A stretch of 63,227 nt of DNA, filler included, from Dugesia japonica (Eukaryota), in assembly GCA_001938525.1 (NCBI GenBank). It is 5 parts of 5 records of this genome, joined end to end, with 100 filler letters (N's around TTAATTAATTAA, not from the genome) between each part and the next. Parts side by side here need not be neighbours in the genome. Positions count along the whole stretch, not along the records: positions 25,859 to 37,980 come from MQRL01582237.1; positions 38,081 to 46,450 come from MQRL01459390.1; 3 more parts are not named here. One strand, 5' to 3'. Of the stretch, positions 25,859-38,973 are shown piece after piece. The notes under the pieces were generated by a model that worked only from the letters and a program-made list of their open reading frames with translations, had not been told where the DNA came from and searched no databases. Position 1 is the first letter of the stretch; each line of letters starts with the position of its first letter. A program made the position numbers and the translations under genes.

Positions 25859-26425
25859 AAAAGGAGGAGATACTGAGGCTGCGAGCTCATGTTAAGCAGT
25901 TGCAAGAGCAGCTCAATGACCAGGAGAAGGATGGACAAAAACAGAACACCGCACTAGTGGATTTGTTTTCTCGTGCCTCGGACCATTTAAGACGAGCTCC
26001 AACCATCACGAATTGTCAGACGGTGCTGAAGAACAATCTCCTCACCCATAATCAGGCCGGTAGACGAATCTGGCAACAAATAGAACATGCAATGCCTGTG
26101 CTAACAGCTCATTTAGAGACGCTGGAGACGGAGGAGGTAGTGGAATCGGAAGTGTGATAATGTGTATAATATTATAAATTTTGAAAATATCGTTGTTAGC
26201 ACTAATGTGGAGTTACATAAACTGTAAATTATTTAAAATAAAAGAATTAATTAAACGATAAACGACGCAAATAAACTGTTTAAAACAAACAGGTCAAAGT
26301 AAATCGAAATATGATGAAATTAAAGAATCCACTAAGTAAAGCAGTTTTTATCGAAGCAGTCAATCGACAATAAAATATTATATTCATAGCACATATCTGC
26401 AAATTAAATTAACATACCAATTTTC

Positions 26426-26777
26426 ATGAATTATTTAGATATGTCTACCCGGATCACAAAACCTACCAGAGAAGAGTTATTGATCGAACAGCAGAATACT
26501 CGGACAGAGATCAAGAGATTAAGGAAAGAGAATCGTGAATTCCGAAAGTCAGCAGGCGAAACTAGGAAGAAGTTGTCCACATTGAAAGAAAGATTGAGTG
26601 TGAGTAGAAGAAGGGAACTCNNNNNNNNNNNNNNNNNNNNNNNNNNNNNNNNNNNNNNNNNNNNNNNNNNTGAGTGTGAGTAGAAGAAGGGAACTCACAC
26701 TCATAGCTAATAATCGGATGATGGCGGAGGTTATTAAGGATTACGCCGATCGAGAATCCACAGTGCTAGGAAATTAA
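26426..26777 (+). CDS. Unknown coiled-coil protein, possibly Polinton accessory
   Basis: Open charged ORF. The N gap is flanked by the same 26-mer, so the ORF probably reads through as ..RRRELTLIANNRMMAEVIKDYADRESTVLGN*. Convergent with pPolB. Confidence 0.4.
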
Positions 26778-26839
26778 TGACGTATTTGAAAATACTGAAA
26801 ACATTAATTAATTAAAATTTAATAATTAACAAATCGTTA

Positions 26840-27985
26840 CCTTTACACTGTCTGGATTGAATCTATGTCGTCTTTATTAGAAGGTGGTAATTGACTATGA
26901 CCGTATGGTAAACGTTTATGTAGCAAAATGTAAAACCACATCCTTATTAAGTTGAACAGCAATCAGATCATTATCCATTTTAAATGTTTTCCTAAAACTC
27001 GGTTTGGAAGTAAAGGTCACCAACGTTTTATCAGAGTTACAGAGACGGAGATTCATTCTCTTCTTCAGATTTTCAACAGTCTTACCGTAAAGACTATTAT
27101 TGAGTAGTTTATAATAATTTTTATCTAACTCACATTTACTTTCAGATCTAAATGCAGTGTGTCCATGTACATAATCCTTAAACATATAATTTTGGTTAAA
27201 TTTTACAGCCCTATGAGTTTTAGTCATTTCAACCCCAAATTGTAAATACAATTGAAGTAATCTTCAATGTGTTACATCATTTTTCTTTGAGTGATATGTA
27301 AGTAGTAATTTTTTAAATTTTTACTTGGTACTAATTGCAGCAACTTAAATAGTTATGTAAATCGTTACGAATCAACTTCAACACTATAACCATAGTACAA
27401 CAAATCTAAGTCTAAAAACCTACAATCAACAAGAATTTTTTTCAAGTCAGAATGAATCCACTCAAAGTTCTTATAAGGAAGTATTTGGCTTAAAGCCAAA
27501 CCATATAGATTATTGATATCTATGTAAAGTAACTCAGTATTTTCATTAGTCTCCACATAATGTTTATTTTCAAAAGTAAGACCTCCTCTAATACCACCTT
27601 CAAAGAAAGTGTACATCTCATTGTCAGCCAAATGTTTAATGGGTTCATCTAGAGTCATTAAGGCAGAAGCCCAACTCATTTCAGGAATTCTAAAGAAATT
27701 AAGTGGTTCTAACTTATCAGGATCTAGCCTGAAATTGCTGAAAGAAATCAGCCAAAAGAAAAACATCAAGTTTCCAATAGGCCATCATATAGTCTAAAAG
27801 ATTCTTACAACTAGAAAATTCCTATATCTCAAAAGCTTTCAAATCATTTTACTCAGTAACTCCTTCCCTAATAGGTGGCATTACTTGAGTTTCCTCTAAA
27901 ACATCTAAACTAGTTGCAAAGTTATAAGGAAAAATCCAATTAGTCTTTGTTAGGTAAGTCTTCAATTGTTAATTGGTTATTCAAN
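26840..27985 (-). pseudogene. Protein-primed family B DNA polymerase (Polinton), internally deleted
   Basis: GIRGGL, LLYIDINNLYG (motif A), YYKLLNNSLYGKTVEN (motif B), C-terminal LPYGH. YxDTDS not seen. Confidence 0.92.
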
Positions 27986-29380
27986 NNNNAACTAATATTT
28001 TTAGACATTATTTATTTTTCTAATTCAACATTTTTCTAATTTAATAAGAGAAATGATAATAATGATTTCTATTGGCTCCAAATTATTAAATGATAATTCA
28101 AATTATAATAATAAAACGACAAATAATAAAAAAGCATTATCATTAAATTAAAAAATATTTTAAAAAATTTGAATAATAATAATTCAAAAATAATAAATCA
28201 AAATGAAAATAATAATTANNNNNNNNNNNNNNNNNNNNNNNNNNNNNNNNNNNNNNNNNNNNNNNNNNNNNNNNNNNNNNNNNNNNNNNNNNNNNNNNNN
28301 NNNNNNNNNNNNNNNNNNNNNNNNNNNNNNNNNNNNNNNNNNNNNNNNNNNNNNNNNNNNNNNNNNNNNNNNNNNNNNNACGAAACTTGAGCTCTATTCA
28401 AGTTGAATATAATTAAATATCTGACTGAGTTTAATAAGGTGCGTCTCTGTTAATTAATTCGTTTGAATAAATAATAATTACTGTGATTAAAACTGAATAA
28501 ACTTTATTTCTGAACAAATAATTTTTAACAAATCTTTGGTAAATCTGCCAATTTTTACATAAAATTTTATATTTAATAATTGTGAAAGACAACTTACTCT
28601 CTATCAGTATTTATACTAATTTTTCAGCAAAAAAATACACACCAACTTGTTCAGAGAAAAAATATCAATACACACAATTAATTTTTTGGATTTCTCAAAA
28701 CTCCATTGATTACTATATAAATTTAACAACACATAAACACAAGGAGGAAATTTCATTTTGTAAACAACATTTGGATTTCCAAATAATCATTTACATACAT
28801 GCACTTTAGATTTATTTACATGTTGATTTTTATTTAAATTGAGATATTTAAACAATCAAATATTTTTGTTAATATTTATTTAAAACTTTATTAATACAAA
28901 TTTGAAGAATGAAATTTTAAGAAATTTAATAAAACATTTTTTTTAAAAAAATTATTGTATATTTAGATTTTTTTTTATAATTTATTTTTCTGTTTACCAA
29001 CAATATTAATAATCAAAATAATAATAATAATCAAAAGGATAATAATAATTGTCCCCTATATTATTTAAAGATTACATATTAAAAAATTAAAATAAACTAT
29101 ATTCAAAATTTTAATCAAAACAAATGAAATAATAATTATAGAAACCATATGAAAATTTGAAAATTTGAAAAAAATTCCAATAACTAAAAGTTTACATGTG
29201 AATAATTAAAATATTTATTAAAGAAATCATATGAACAAATTTAAATCAAAATAATAAAAATATTAATAATTTATAATAATTAAAATAATCTATAAAAAAA
29301 TTAAACATGAGAAATTTAAAAAGATTATAAAAAGTAAAAATTAAAATTAGTTGAAATTTTTAAATGCATGACTTACTTAC

Positions 29381-29606
29381 TTTTCTTACTATTCTGTGTA
29401 TGATCTGAATCATTTGGCATATTTTGGTTCATCATAAATGCTTGATTATTCATAAATGGATTGAACATGTTTTGGTTAATATTGTTCATAGTTGGATAAT
29501 TGAATATGTTTTGATTCATATTTTGATTATTTGGATAATTAAACATGTTTTGATTATTTGAATAATTGAACATGTTTTGATTCATATTTTGATTAGTATT
29601 TTGCAT
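29381..29606 (-). CDS. First coding exon of a probable host gene, N/Q/M-rich low-complexity region
   Basis: NQNMFNY repeats. GTAAGT donor at the exon end; upstream 39-nt GTAAGA..TTTTAG intron (29619-29657). Confidence 0.55.
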
Positions 29607-29680
29607 TTTGTAAATAATCTAAAATAACATATTAAAAATAAATTAAAAATGTCTTACTAATGAATGTTTTTCTTGAATTA

Positions 29681-29712
29681 TGATCAAATAAATTATGTGA
29701 TTCGTTTATATA
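29681..29712 (-). promoter_or_regulatory. TATA box and Inr-like start for the N/Q-rich gene
   Basis: TATATAAA at 29712-29705, about 31 nt upstream of TCATAAT. Confidence 0.35.
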
Positions 29713-30789
29713 CCAAATGGTTCATAATTAAGACAAAAAATTTAAATGTAAATTGAAACGATAAAACGAAATTCTTGTTGGGATTTAATTTAGGTGGGTT
29801 GATTTTTGTAATTAAGTCTAGGGTGATCGCCCTGGTAAAACCCCGCAAAGAATTTAATCTGGAGTCACCAAAAATTCAGATCTTCGGAATAGAGCCGTTG
29901 ACTCGGAATCCGAGTACACACTCGCATTCCTTTGGTTTGGGTTCATACTTCACGATAATCGCTTGATTCTCAAGACATACTTAATCCCTATTANTCCATG
30001 GTGTCNGTGCTTTACATTGTATGTCTATGTCTAATCAAAGTTTCTCTATATCTATACTCGTTATGATGAGTGGGGTATGAGCATATGATCGAGTAGTTAA
30101 AGTGATGACTCTTGTGATTAATTTTAAAAGTCATGTGCCATGTGAGCTTAGTATTATACTGCGACCCAGATTTTATAACAAAAACATCATCAATATACCC
30201 CTTGAAGTTAATTAAATATTGCCAATAAACTGTAAATTATATCATCACGACTTGTCACTAAATTCATTATTAAATAACCTCACCCATTCGCGCCAAATTT
30301 CATCATTATTTCGAGTCAATAACACTCCATGGTAGGCACTGCTTACTATAAAAGAGAAGTTATTCTAGTTGAAAAATCTCTTTTTTTATTTATCATGAGC
30401 GGAGAACGATAGTATGTTAGTTAGCTGTTCCTATTATGAACGTTTTTTATAGATAATTTTTATTATTAGTTAGTTGCTAAAAGGTGAGTTAATTTTTTCT
30501 ATAATTACTGGTGTAAGTTTAACACAAGAATTTAAATAAAAGAAAATTTCATTAAATTAAAGAAATCAGGTTATTGAAAGTTATATTATTGTTAATTCCA
30601 CCACTTACACATTAAATTAAAATTACATCAATAAAACAAAAAACTAACATGGACTGCCTCTCGATCTGGAGCAAGCACATAGGAATTGTTTCGTTTGTTG
30701 TTTCTTCAACCAATCTACTGTAGACCCTTCTGAGTCAGAAATCGTTGTAGGAATTAGTTAACGAGAGATTACCTTTAAGTAATAATTTC

Positions 30790-31749
30790 CTAGTTGAATT
30801 TGTTTTATGTTTGGTTTCAGAATTATTTTTATTCAAAAATATTTTGATTGACTTTAAGTAGCGTTTGATTTAATTTTTGCTTAAGAATTTTTTTGAGTTA
30901 TTTTCGTCTGAAATTGAAACGGTATTTTTACTGGTTTCTCTCTACAAACTGTTCTTATTGGTTACTGGGCATCGTATGATTTTTCTAACGTTTCTATTGG
31001 CTTGATCGTCATATGAGTTTTTCTTATTGGTTGATATTTTTGGAATTCCAAAATGAATGGTCAATCTTCAAAACCTTGTATTTTCTTTCTTAGTCTTGTT
31101 ATGATTTTTTAACTTGAATTTTCGAAATCCTTTTTTTTCTTGACCATAATTTTCTTAATTGATAATTTTTCAACTATCGGAAGACATCGTTTTTGCCATA
31201 TTTTTAATAAAATATTTAATTTTCTTTTAAAAATAAAGCTTTTTAATTTGTACNNNNNNNNNNNNNNNNNNNNNNNNNNNNNNNNNNNNNNNNNNNNNNN
31301 NNNNNNNNNNNNNNNNNNNNNNNNNNNNNNNNNNNNNNNNNNNNNNNNNNNNNNNNNNNNNNNNNNNNNNTCATTAATTAATTTAATTAATTCCTTTAAT
31401 TTATTTTCTCTTTCTCCAATTATTAGTTCAATATGATTTTCTTAGTTTTATCTAATAAACTAATTGTTATTCATTATTATCTTTATTCTGCTGATAGCTT
31501 TTATTACTTCTTTTCTTCTTTTTGGTTTTCTTATTTCTGAGTTATTTCTTGCTGTATATTTAGATTTTGCTGGTTCTTACATTGGCTTTAACTGCCACTC
31601 TTGATTTTTCCTTTAATTATTTCTTTCTTTCACTGAACTGTGACTTTTCTTTGCCTGGATTATTTGTTTCCTTATTTGTGACTATCTTTTCACTTTTGGC
31701 TTTAATGACCGCCATTTTTATTCTCTAATCAGGTGTTTCGCCCCAACAA
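30790..31749 (-). repeat. Dispersed repeat family (probable LTR remnant), copy C
   Basis: Ends GGTGTTTCGCCCCAACA; has three TATTGG boxes; shares blocks with copies A and B. Confidence 0.5.
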
Positions 31750-32089
31750 TATTTTTCGTATCAATTCTTAATAATTTAAATAAAACATTTAATTATTCTT
31801 TAAATCAAAATAATTTAAAATTTAATCTATATATATAATTAATTAAAATTCATTGTACTAAAACTTTACATTTAAACTTAAATCTACTATAAAATTTTAT
31901 CTAAAAATGAATGCAATTACAATAAAATATTAATTTAAATAGCTTAATAATAAAAATATTCCTAATTAAACTTTCACAGTCAAAATTATAAATTAAATAA
32001 GTAACACGATTTTATTCAATACATTTATTCAATACAAAATTTCATCCACCATGTTGATTTTTTCAGCATATTTGATACTTTTCTAAAAT

Positions 32090-32450
32090 ATTTCTTCATC
32101 CGCCATGTTGTTTTCTTAATTATAATAAGCAAAGCAAACCGCAATTCGTAGAGAGTAATTTCTGGTACTGTGTTCTATTGTAAATAATAGGTTTGGATAA
32201 ACTCGATAGTTGTGATACTAGTATTGATAGATAATAAAACCCAAATGGATCAAATACTAGGATATGTTCAGGTTTATGATAAACCGCTAACGAATGTTCA
32301 CCTCCGAGGTTAGAGCTCTATGTGTTTACCACTAGTGCTCTATTGACTGGAATATATTGAATCTTGTTTAATGGATATACGCCTAACCAATCTGATTCAA
32401 ACCATTCTTTTTTGATTTTATCGATTTTAATTGAACTAATTAAATTAATG
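32090..32450 (-). pseudogene. Adenain-like cysteine protease
   Basis: WLGVYPLN, LVVNT, GGEHSLAV (His), VFDPFG (Asp), TQYQ..STNCG (Gln/Cys). Confidence 0.85.
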
Positions 32451-32509
32451 CATTATTTGAATAATAAAATCTTACTTCATTTTCTTAAAATTTTCACGAC
32501 ATTGAGATT

Positions 32510-33720
32510 GTTTAAACCAAAGTGAATTGTTCAAAACAATATTTGTCTCTTGGCAGTAATATGAATCTCGTTTTCAAACACCCGGAAATTATTACATGTG
32601 CTGTTGCCACTAAGGGAGAATCGAATTATATATCAAGCTTGAGATTTTCCTGTATTGTTAATTGACTCTGATTTATTTCAAAGTCTGTAGCTTAATTTTT
32701 TTTCTGGTACTGTGGTCTTAAAATCTTTCAGTGTTATTCCATAATCCATATTCTTGTTTTGATATCTCATATTTCTAACCATCGATTGCATGTATGATGT
32801 ACTATAATCATTATTTTTAAAATCTTGAGAGTAAGACTCTCTATAATCCCCATTCTTAGATAATGTAATAGATTTACCATTGAAATTATCGAATAGTGAG
32901 CTTCGTATTTGATAACTTCCTTTATATCGTTCTCCATCTTGAAATGCAACGATAATAAAAGTTGGTAATCTACGATCTTCAAAGATTTGCTCCTTATAAA
33001 ATGATTAACTGTCTTTACTAATTGCATACGATACGATTTCCTTGGTTTTTATAGGATAAATAACATTTTGTTTGGTTAATTCAATTTTATGAGCTATTAG
33101 TACTGACAAATTCACTCGAACTCTTTTTATTATTAATTTTGCATTCAATAATTTATATTTTGGTTCATAAAGTTTGTATTCTAAATACATTCTTACATCC
33201 GATCTTTTCAATTGAATGTGAGCATTAACACCTGGAATGAGATATTTCGATTGATCCACGAAGTGCAGCTGCAGAGGACTACATAGAGACCATGCGTTTG
33301 ATGTTTGTTTAAATTCATCATTTCTATATCCCATTGCGTTAAGAGAAGCATCCTTTGGATCTCTATTATAATTCAAATCAGTCTCAATGAATGCTTTAGG
33401 TACATAAGTTTCATTTCCATCTTCAACTTTAATATTATTTAATTGAAGAATTGCATTCTTGAATAGACTATGCAACATGAAATTCACAGGCATAACATCG
33501 AATTTTGGTTCCAAATCCGTACCATTCTTATCTACTATCTTCACTTGAACATACAAAAGAGTATCATTCAAATCCAAAAAATCAGTTTGCAATCCATTTA
33601 TAATCCATCATTTGTACTTTCAGAAACATTATTAATTGGAAACAAATCTTCCAATACTCCATACTCAATAACGTCTTGAGGTGCTGGACGATCAAAAATG
33701 CATAATTCTGTTTTTCCACA
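32510..33720 (-). pseudogene. Polinton major capsid protein
   Basis: GKTELCIFDRPAPQDVIEYG, DLNDTLLYVQVKIVD, PVNFMLHSLF, FVDQSKYLIPGV. Confidence 0.88.
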
Positions 33721-33744
33721 AATAATTAGTCAAATATGGGTTTA

Positions 33745-34098
33745 CATCTTTTCATTCGTTTGTTTATACCCATCAAGATAGAATTCTTACGTTTTAATCC
33801 ACTTCCTTTAAGATTTTCTTCACCCTGTGGTTTTACCATCATTTTTTGAAAGTTTATCTGAATCCATAAAGTTATTGAATTTATTCATTGCATTTGTTTT
33901 GAGTGATGGTAAAATTTTTGCTTTATTATTTTTTACATCCTGTGCTGTTTTCATTCCAATTTCTCCAATACGTCAAAGAATAGGTAAAGCAAATCAACCA
34001 ATTGTTTGCAACCATCCTGATCCATACTGTTTTCCTACAAGGTATGTTAATTCTTCATCAGCTTGACTATATAAAGCTATAATATCAGGATTAGACGT
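33745..34098 (-). pseudogene. Polinton putative core protein
   Basis: SQADEELTYLVGKQYGSGWLQTIG.FALPI followed by a basic tail. Confidence 0.6.
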
Positions 34099-34099
34099 T

Positions 34100-35415
34100 T
34101 ATTTTTCTGAAATGTAATGTTAAATGAGTTTTTGCGTCTTGATTAAATCTCCGTTATCATCTCTGATGTTTATTTCTATATTGTTTATACATGAAGTAGC
34201 AAATGGTAGATACTTAGGCTTCTTGACTATTATTTGAACGAAATAACCATCTACATAACTCTCCAATCATAAAAATTTCAACAGAGGAACATTTGTATCA
34301 CCAACAATTATAGGTTCAACAATATTACTATAGATGACTAGTTGATGAGGATTGGAGTTTATTTTTGGGATTCTAACTCCTGTGAATATTTGATCTCGTT
34401 GAGGAAAATTTAGATTACTTTGGGTATATGTCTATCTATCTATTCCTAACGTTTTTGTCATGAATCTATCAAAGTTTATACTTTTAATGTGACTGCAATG
34501 AAAAATTAAATAATTTATTTTTCTTTAATGTATAAGGTTTGAATACATCTTTGAAGATGTATTTCATGAATCCATCTAATTCTTGTAAAGTTTTAATATA
34601 TAAATCATTTTTAAACTTCAAGTAACTAGTTATTCCTATACTATGCGTTAATTTAAAATGTACCTTTTCAATGTTTTTATTATTTTTTAAATCTTTAAAC
34701 GTTAAATACCTCGATTGTTCATATCATTCTTTAACTTATTGAATCCAAATCTTTTTGCAATTTCTAAATTTTCAAATTCAATAACATAATCGTGATATGT
34801 TCCTATTATTATAAAATAGTTATTATTGGGGATATAATTAATTAACAAACTAATTTAAATAATATATGTATTTATATTTATATGTATTTATATTTGTGTC
34901 ACATAATTCGCATCGTAAACTCTTCGAAAGATAATTAATATGCCATCTTATGTAATAATAAGAAATGGAAATTATTATATCATAATTTAACCTATAATAA
35001 ATGACATCATAGGTTGAGATTTGATATATATATATATATTTCGATGAATCAGAAATGATTCAAAATATATTTTGATACTTAATAAATATTTGTATTAGAT
35101 TGGTGTTGTATCTTTACCTAACAGTTACCATTAACTATTTCAATTTCTTGATCCTCACAAACTAATCTATTATCTTCTTTGAAATAAAAAAACAAGAATA
35201 TCTCTAGTTTCTGATTTTGCAGTATCTATTTTAACTATTGCTTCGCTATAAATTTGAAATGTATTATATAGAAAAGTAAAGTCAATCAATGCTACTTTCC
35301 AATTACCATTCAAGTTAATAGGATTATCAAGTTCAACTATAAATTTACTGGTTTTATTATCTGGATGAATACGTGGACAGCTATTACTAGGTAAAATTGT
35401 ATAGAAATTATTCAC
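34100..35415 (-). pseudogene. Polinton minor capsid protein (penton), interrupted by a solo LTR
   Basis: FYTILPSNSCP..HPDNKTSKF..WKVALIDF; YSNIVEPIIVGDTNVPLL; IEINIRDDNGDLI. Confidence 0.82.
34824..35123 (+). mobile_element. Probable solo LTR inside the penton gene
   Basis: TATTGGGG...CCTAACA termini, near-TSD GTTAT/GTTAC, internal AATAAA. The penton frame rejoins as VNGN|YFII. Confidence 0.55.
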
Positions 35416-35429
35416 GTTGTTTATTCTTA

Positions 35430-36636
35430 GCTAATTGAGATACAGATCTCCAAGTAGGTTTTTCGTAGCCATGCCATTTTACATATAATTGTTTATATTT
35501 ACCAGTTCCTTTTGACTTTATAAAGAAAAATAATTATTATTTAATAATTTCATCGAATAGAAATTGAGTTATCTGAATATTAATATTAAAATTCTTGTAN
35601 TTCAATATTATTTATATTATGAAAAATGTGTTGTAGTAGTAAAATAAATGATGTCTCAAAATATTAATTATTATTTGCAAAATAAATTACCAATTGAAGA
35701 ATTACCTGACAGACTTTATAATCTTTTATATTCTAAATACTGATGGTTGTTCTATAACTTGTTATTTTTNTTTCATAGAATTTTCCAACAATAATATTTT
35801 CTTCGTGATCTTTAATCACATACATGACTGGGTTCTGCTTGGTATTGTTTTTAGATATTTGAAATACTTAATCACTCCAATTTTTATGGAAATTCTTGAT
35901 GAAGCTGATATCTTTGAGATTCTTACATGGTCACCAACTTCATATTTGGGTTTCATAATTGCCTTTGGTTTTTGTTTCAATAACCATAATTTCATTGAAT
36001 TGTCAGATTCAACAATTCTTGCTCCATTTAATCTTTTATGACTTGTGTGATTATAACTGTCAATTAGTTTCGGTAATACATAAATCCATGTCTTATTACC
36101 AGTGCGTACAAAGTACTTTTTTAATGCATCTCTCAATGTTCGATTAAATCTTTCAACATATGCTGCTTTATATTGTGAAAATACTGATAATGGTTAATTT
36201 CTAGGTGATTAATAATATTCTTAACTTTTGAATTATAAAGTTTTTTCCTAAATCAATTTGTAAGTTATCCGAATGACCATTGTTAAATATTATCTTGATT
36301 GCAGCTTCCATTTCGATAGATAATTTTGATTTTATATGTACAGCTCTTGCAAATTTACTAAATACNNNNNNNNNNNNNNNNNNNNNNNNNNNNNNNNNAT
36401 TAATTCTTGAATATGGAATCATTTCCATCAAATCCATTTGCCATAAATCATCAATCCTATATGTTTTATACGATCTTGTTGGTAATCTTTTCAACATTGG
36501 CTTGTTCAGACTGTACACTAACTGGTTCGATAACCACTGTTTTATCTCGCTTTTTTGAACTTTTTGTTGCTTTCCATAGCTTTTCCACTCCTTTGAAACC
36601 TGCTGGATGTTTTGGGTCTGTCCATATTGTTTTCAT
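35430..36636 (-). pseudogene. Polinton RVE integrase (interrupted at about 35520-35815)
   Basis: WTDPKHPAGFKGVEKL, YSLNKP, IDDLWQMDL, LQIDLGK, KAAYVERFNRTL, YEVGDHVRISK, YVKWHGY. Confidence 0.9.
35525..35740 (+). mobile_element. Gypsy LTR end plus gag start nested in the Polinton integrase
   Basis: TTCAATATTATTTATATTATGAAAA..TGTGTTGTAGTAGTAAAATAAATG then MSQNINYYLQNKLPIEEL; same family as 17575-17865. Confidence 0.6.
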
Positions 36637-36699
36637 TACAACAGTTTAAGATAAATTTCAGATAAATTCGTGAAAATGACTCTAAATAACCCATTGTTT

Positions 36700-37005
36700 A
36701 TTAATAAATTTTTTAATCCTAATGCTGCTAATGCTATTGATAATAATGCAGCAATGAATCAACTCTTTTGTTTAAAGATTATTTTTCTCATTAATTTCTT
36801 TTTCTTAGTTTTAACAATTGAAAGCAACTTTTATGATGTTGTAAAATAAGTTTTTTACCTTGGTTGAGAATTACATTTCCTCGAACAATATCTCTAATAA
36901 GTCATCTATAACAATCTTTGGACATGACTGTAACATTTTCATTGTACACTTTTGTGGAGCCTTTAACAATAATTTTAAATAAGGAAGACTTTGTTGAAAT
37001 GCCAT
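36700..37005 (-). pseudogene. Small basic Polinton protein (pX-like motif)
   Basis: MAFQQSLPYLKLLLKAP...KQKS.FIAALLSIALAALG. Confidence 0.55.
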
Positions 37006-37467
37006 ATTATTTATTAATTAACACATGATTAGATTGTTTATAGTTTGAATCATTTACCAGTTGATTGAATCTTTATCTTTTCATTCTTCTTTGGCTGCTT
37101 CTCTGGCTTTTTTCTTTTCACATTCATTGTTTGATCCTTGTTCAAATCCTTTGATTGCTTCCTTGATTGTCGTTTTATTGACTTTTTTTTATGGATTTCT
37201 TTATTGTTCTCTTTATNGACTTTTTTATTGCATTCTTTATCGACTTGATATCGTTTGGAAAAATATTATCTTTATATTCATATTGATTATCCATGTGATT
37301 GCTAACCGGTTTAATTGTATGAGGATCAACTAAAACTTTAGAAAATTTAGACATTTTGTAAGAAAATTGTTAGATATAATATTTAAACATATTTGTTTAA
37401 ATATTATTGATTTATTATAATTTTAATAAACTTTGAAAATCTCTACTTTTGAATTACAAAATCTAAC

Positions 37468-37980
37468 TAGCGATCATGTAGAAGTTAGTGCCATTACTAG
37501 GCAAAGGAAAGAAGAGCGACAAAAGATTTTTGAAAATCTTTCACAAGCTATACAAGAAATTCTGATTCCGAAGCCTACATTCTTTGATGGTTCTTCAGAC
37601 ACTGCAGAAGATTGGATGCAAACCACTCAGGAATTTGCCATATTTAATCAAATGGGGATTTCTTTTGCATTTTACATGCTATTACGAGGTGATGCCTAGA
37701 AATTGTGGCAAGAAACGAACGCAAACGAGAATTTCAATTCAAATGAAAAGTGCGAAACTTGATTTCGATCAACGTTTATTAATGATAAATCTTTGGTTGA
37801 CAAAATTATAGATCTATCATCAGTTAAACAACGAATTGATGAAAAATATCGGAATTTTGAAATAAGGGTAAAAAAGCTTGTTTACGATATATTTGAAAGC
37901 AAAAGATCACCAGAGGAAATATAAAGAGTTTTTATTCTGAATGGTTTAAGAAGTTAGAAACTTAAAGAATCCTTTTCACT
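37468..37980 (+). pseudogene. gag: Gypsy gag 5' part, cut by the contig end
   Basis: PKPTFFDGSSDTAEDW..LLRGDA.KLW, LSSVKQRIDEKY, FILNGLR. TAGCGATCATG at ~37468 resembles a decayed PBS. Confidence 0.65.
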
Positions 37981-38080
37981 NNNNNNNNNNNNNNNNNNNN
38001 NNNNNNNNNNNNNNNNNNNNNNNNTTAATTAATTAANNNNNNNNNNNNNNNNNNNNNNNNNNNNNNNNNNNNNNNNNNNN
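37981..38080. other. Artificial contig linker
   Basis: N44-TTAATTAATTAA-N44. Confidence 0.97.
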
Positions 38081-38935
38081 AAATGGATTACAAAATATAC
38101 CAAACACCACAAATCTTATGTTTGCATTGATTATTTAATAGACTAACGGTTTTGGTGGGAACGTATCTACCTATTCATATTGTAAAATAAAAATATCAGT
38201 AAAATTAATTTAATAAAACAAAATTATTATTTTAAGAAATCGTATTATAAGATAAAAATATCAGTAGAATTTTTGTTCTAGAACTGAGTAATTAGGATAA
38301 TGATAAACAGTTAAACAGAGCTGTATTCCATGTCATATAAAATACATAAAAAATGAAATCAGAAATAATTAATTATGAGATCATTAAAACAAAATAAAAT
38401 AGAGATGAAGAAAAATTGCATAATAATTTAACAAAACCAAAGTGAATAGATATCATAATGATAAAGAAACAAATAAATGAAACGTGAAATGGTAATTTAC
38501 AGAAAAATATGAATAAAGAAATGATTATTTTACAATAACCAGAAAAAATCAATTAAAAAATTTTTGGCATATGCCACAAAAATATGATATTAAAGGTACC
38601 ACGGACTCACTAAAAACTCAATACTCTCAATAACAGAGCAATCATAAATAATTGAAATTTGTGAGAAGTTTGGGACTCAAAAATCTTGCGAAATAGCATA
38701 TAATTCGTGACAGTTTGGTTATCAATCATGAAAATTATTATTGAATCATCGTTAATCTGCAATAGGATTCTCAAAAGGACAATTCAAAGCAAGAATAAAG
38801 TAATTCTAAGAGATTATATGTTTATGATTAATATGGGGATCATCACCAGCCAGTCAGAAATTTAAGATGAACTATGATAATTTTAGAATTCATTTTAAAT
38901 AAATGCTTCAAACAAATTTTTTTTATTTTTTGAGA

Positions 38936-38973
38936 TTGATTCGATATTTCGACTTTGTCTTCGTCAGGAATTG
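38936..38973 (-). ncRNA. Minimal type I hammerhead ribozyme (Penelope-like pLTR)
   Basis: caattc-CTGACGA-a-gac-aaa-gtc-GAAA-tatc-gaatca. Core intact, AUC cleavage triplet, stem I attc/gaat. Confidence 0.75.

Larger units (their letters stand above)
32090..37005 (-). mobile_element. Polinton/Maverick copy 3, decayed
   Basis: Same order as copy 2: pX-like ORF, integrase, penton, core protein, MCP, adenain. Clearly diverged from copy 2. Confidence 0.9.

Noticed and set aside
28169-28406. ORFs spanning N runs and antisense ORFs over transposon genes
   Set aside because: Artefacts of masked bases, microsatellites or shadow frames.
29860-29875. PBS-like TGGTGACTCCAG on the minus strand
   Set aside because: Only a partial tRNA match and no defined LTR or gag next to it.
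38755-38805. Possible Penelope GIY-YIG remnant (IGFSKGQFKARIK) near a hammerhead
   Set aside because: Single short motif with no supporting RT motifs; too weak to call.
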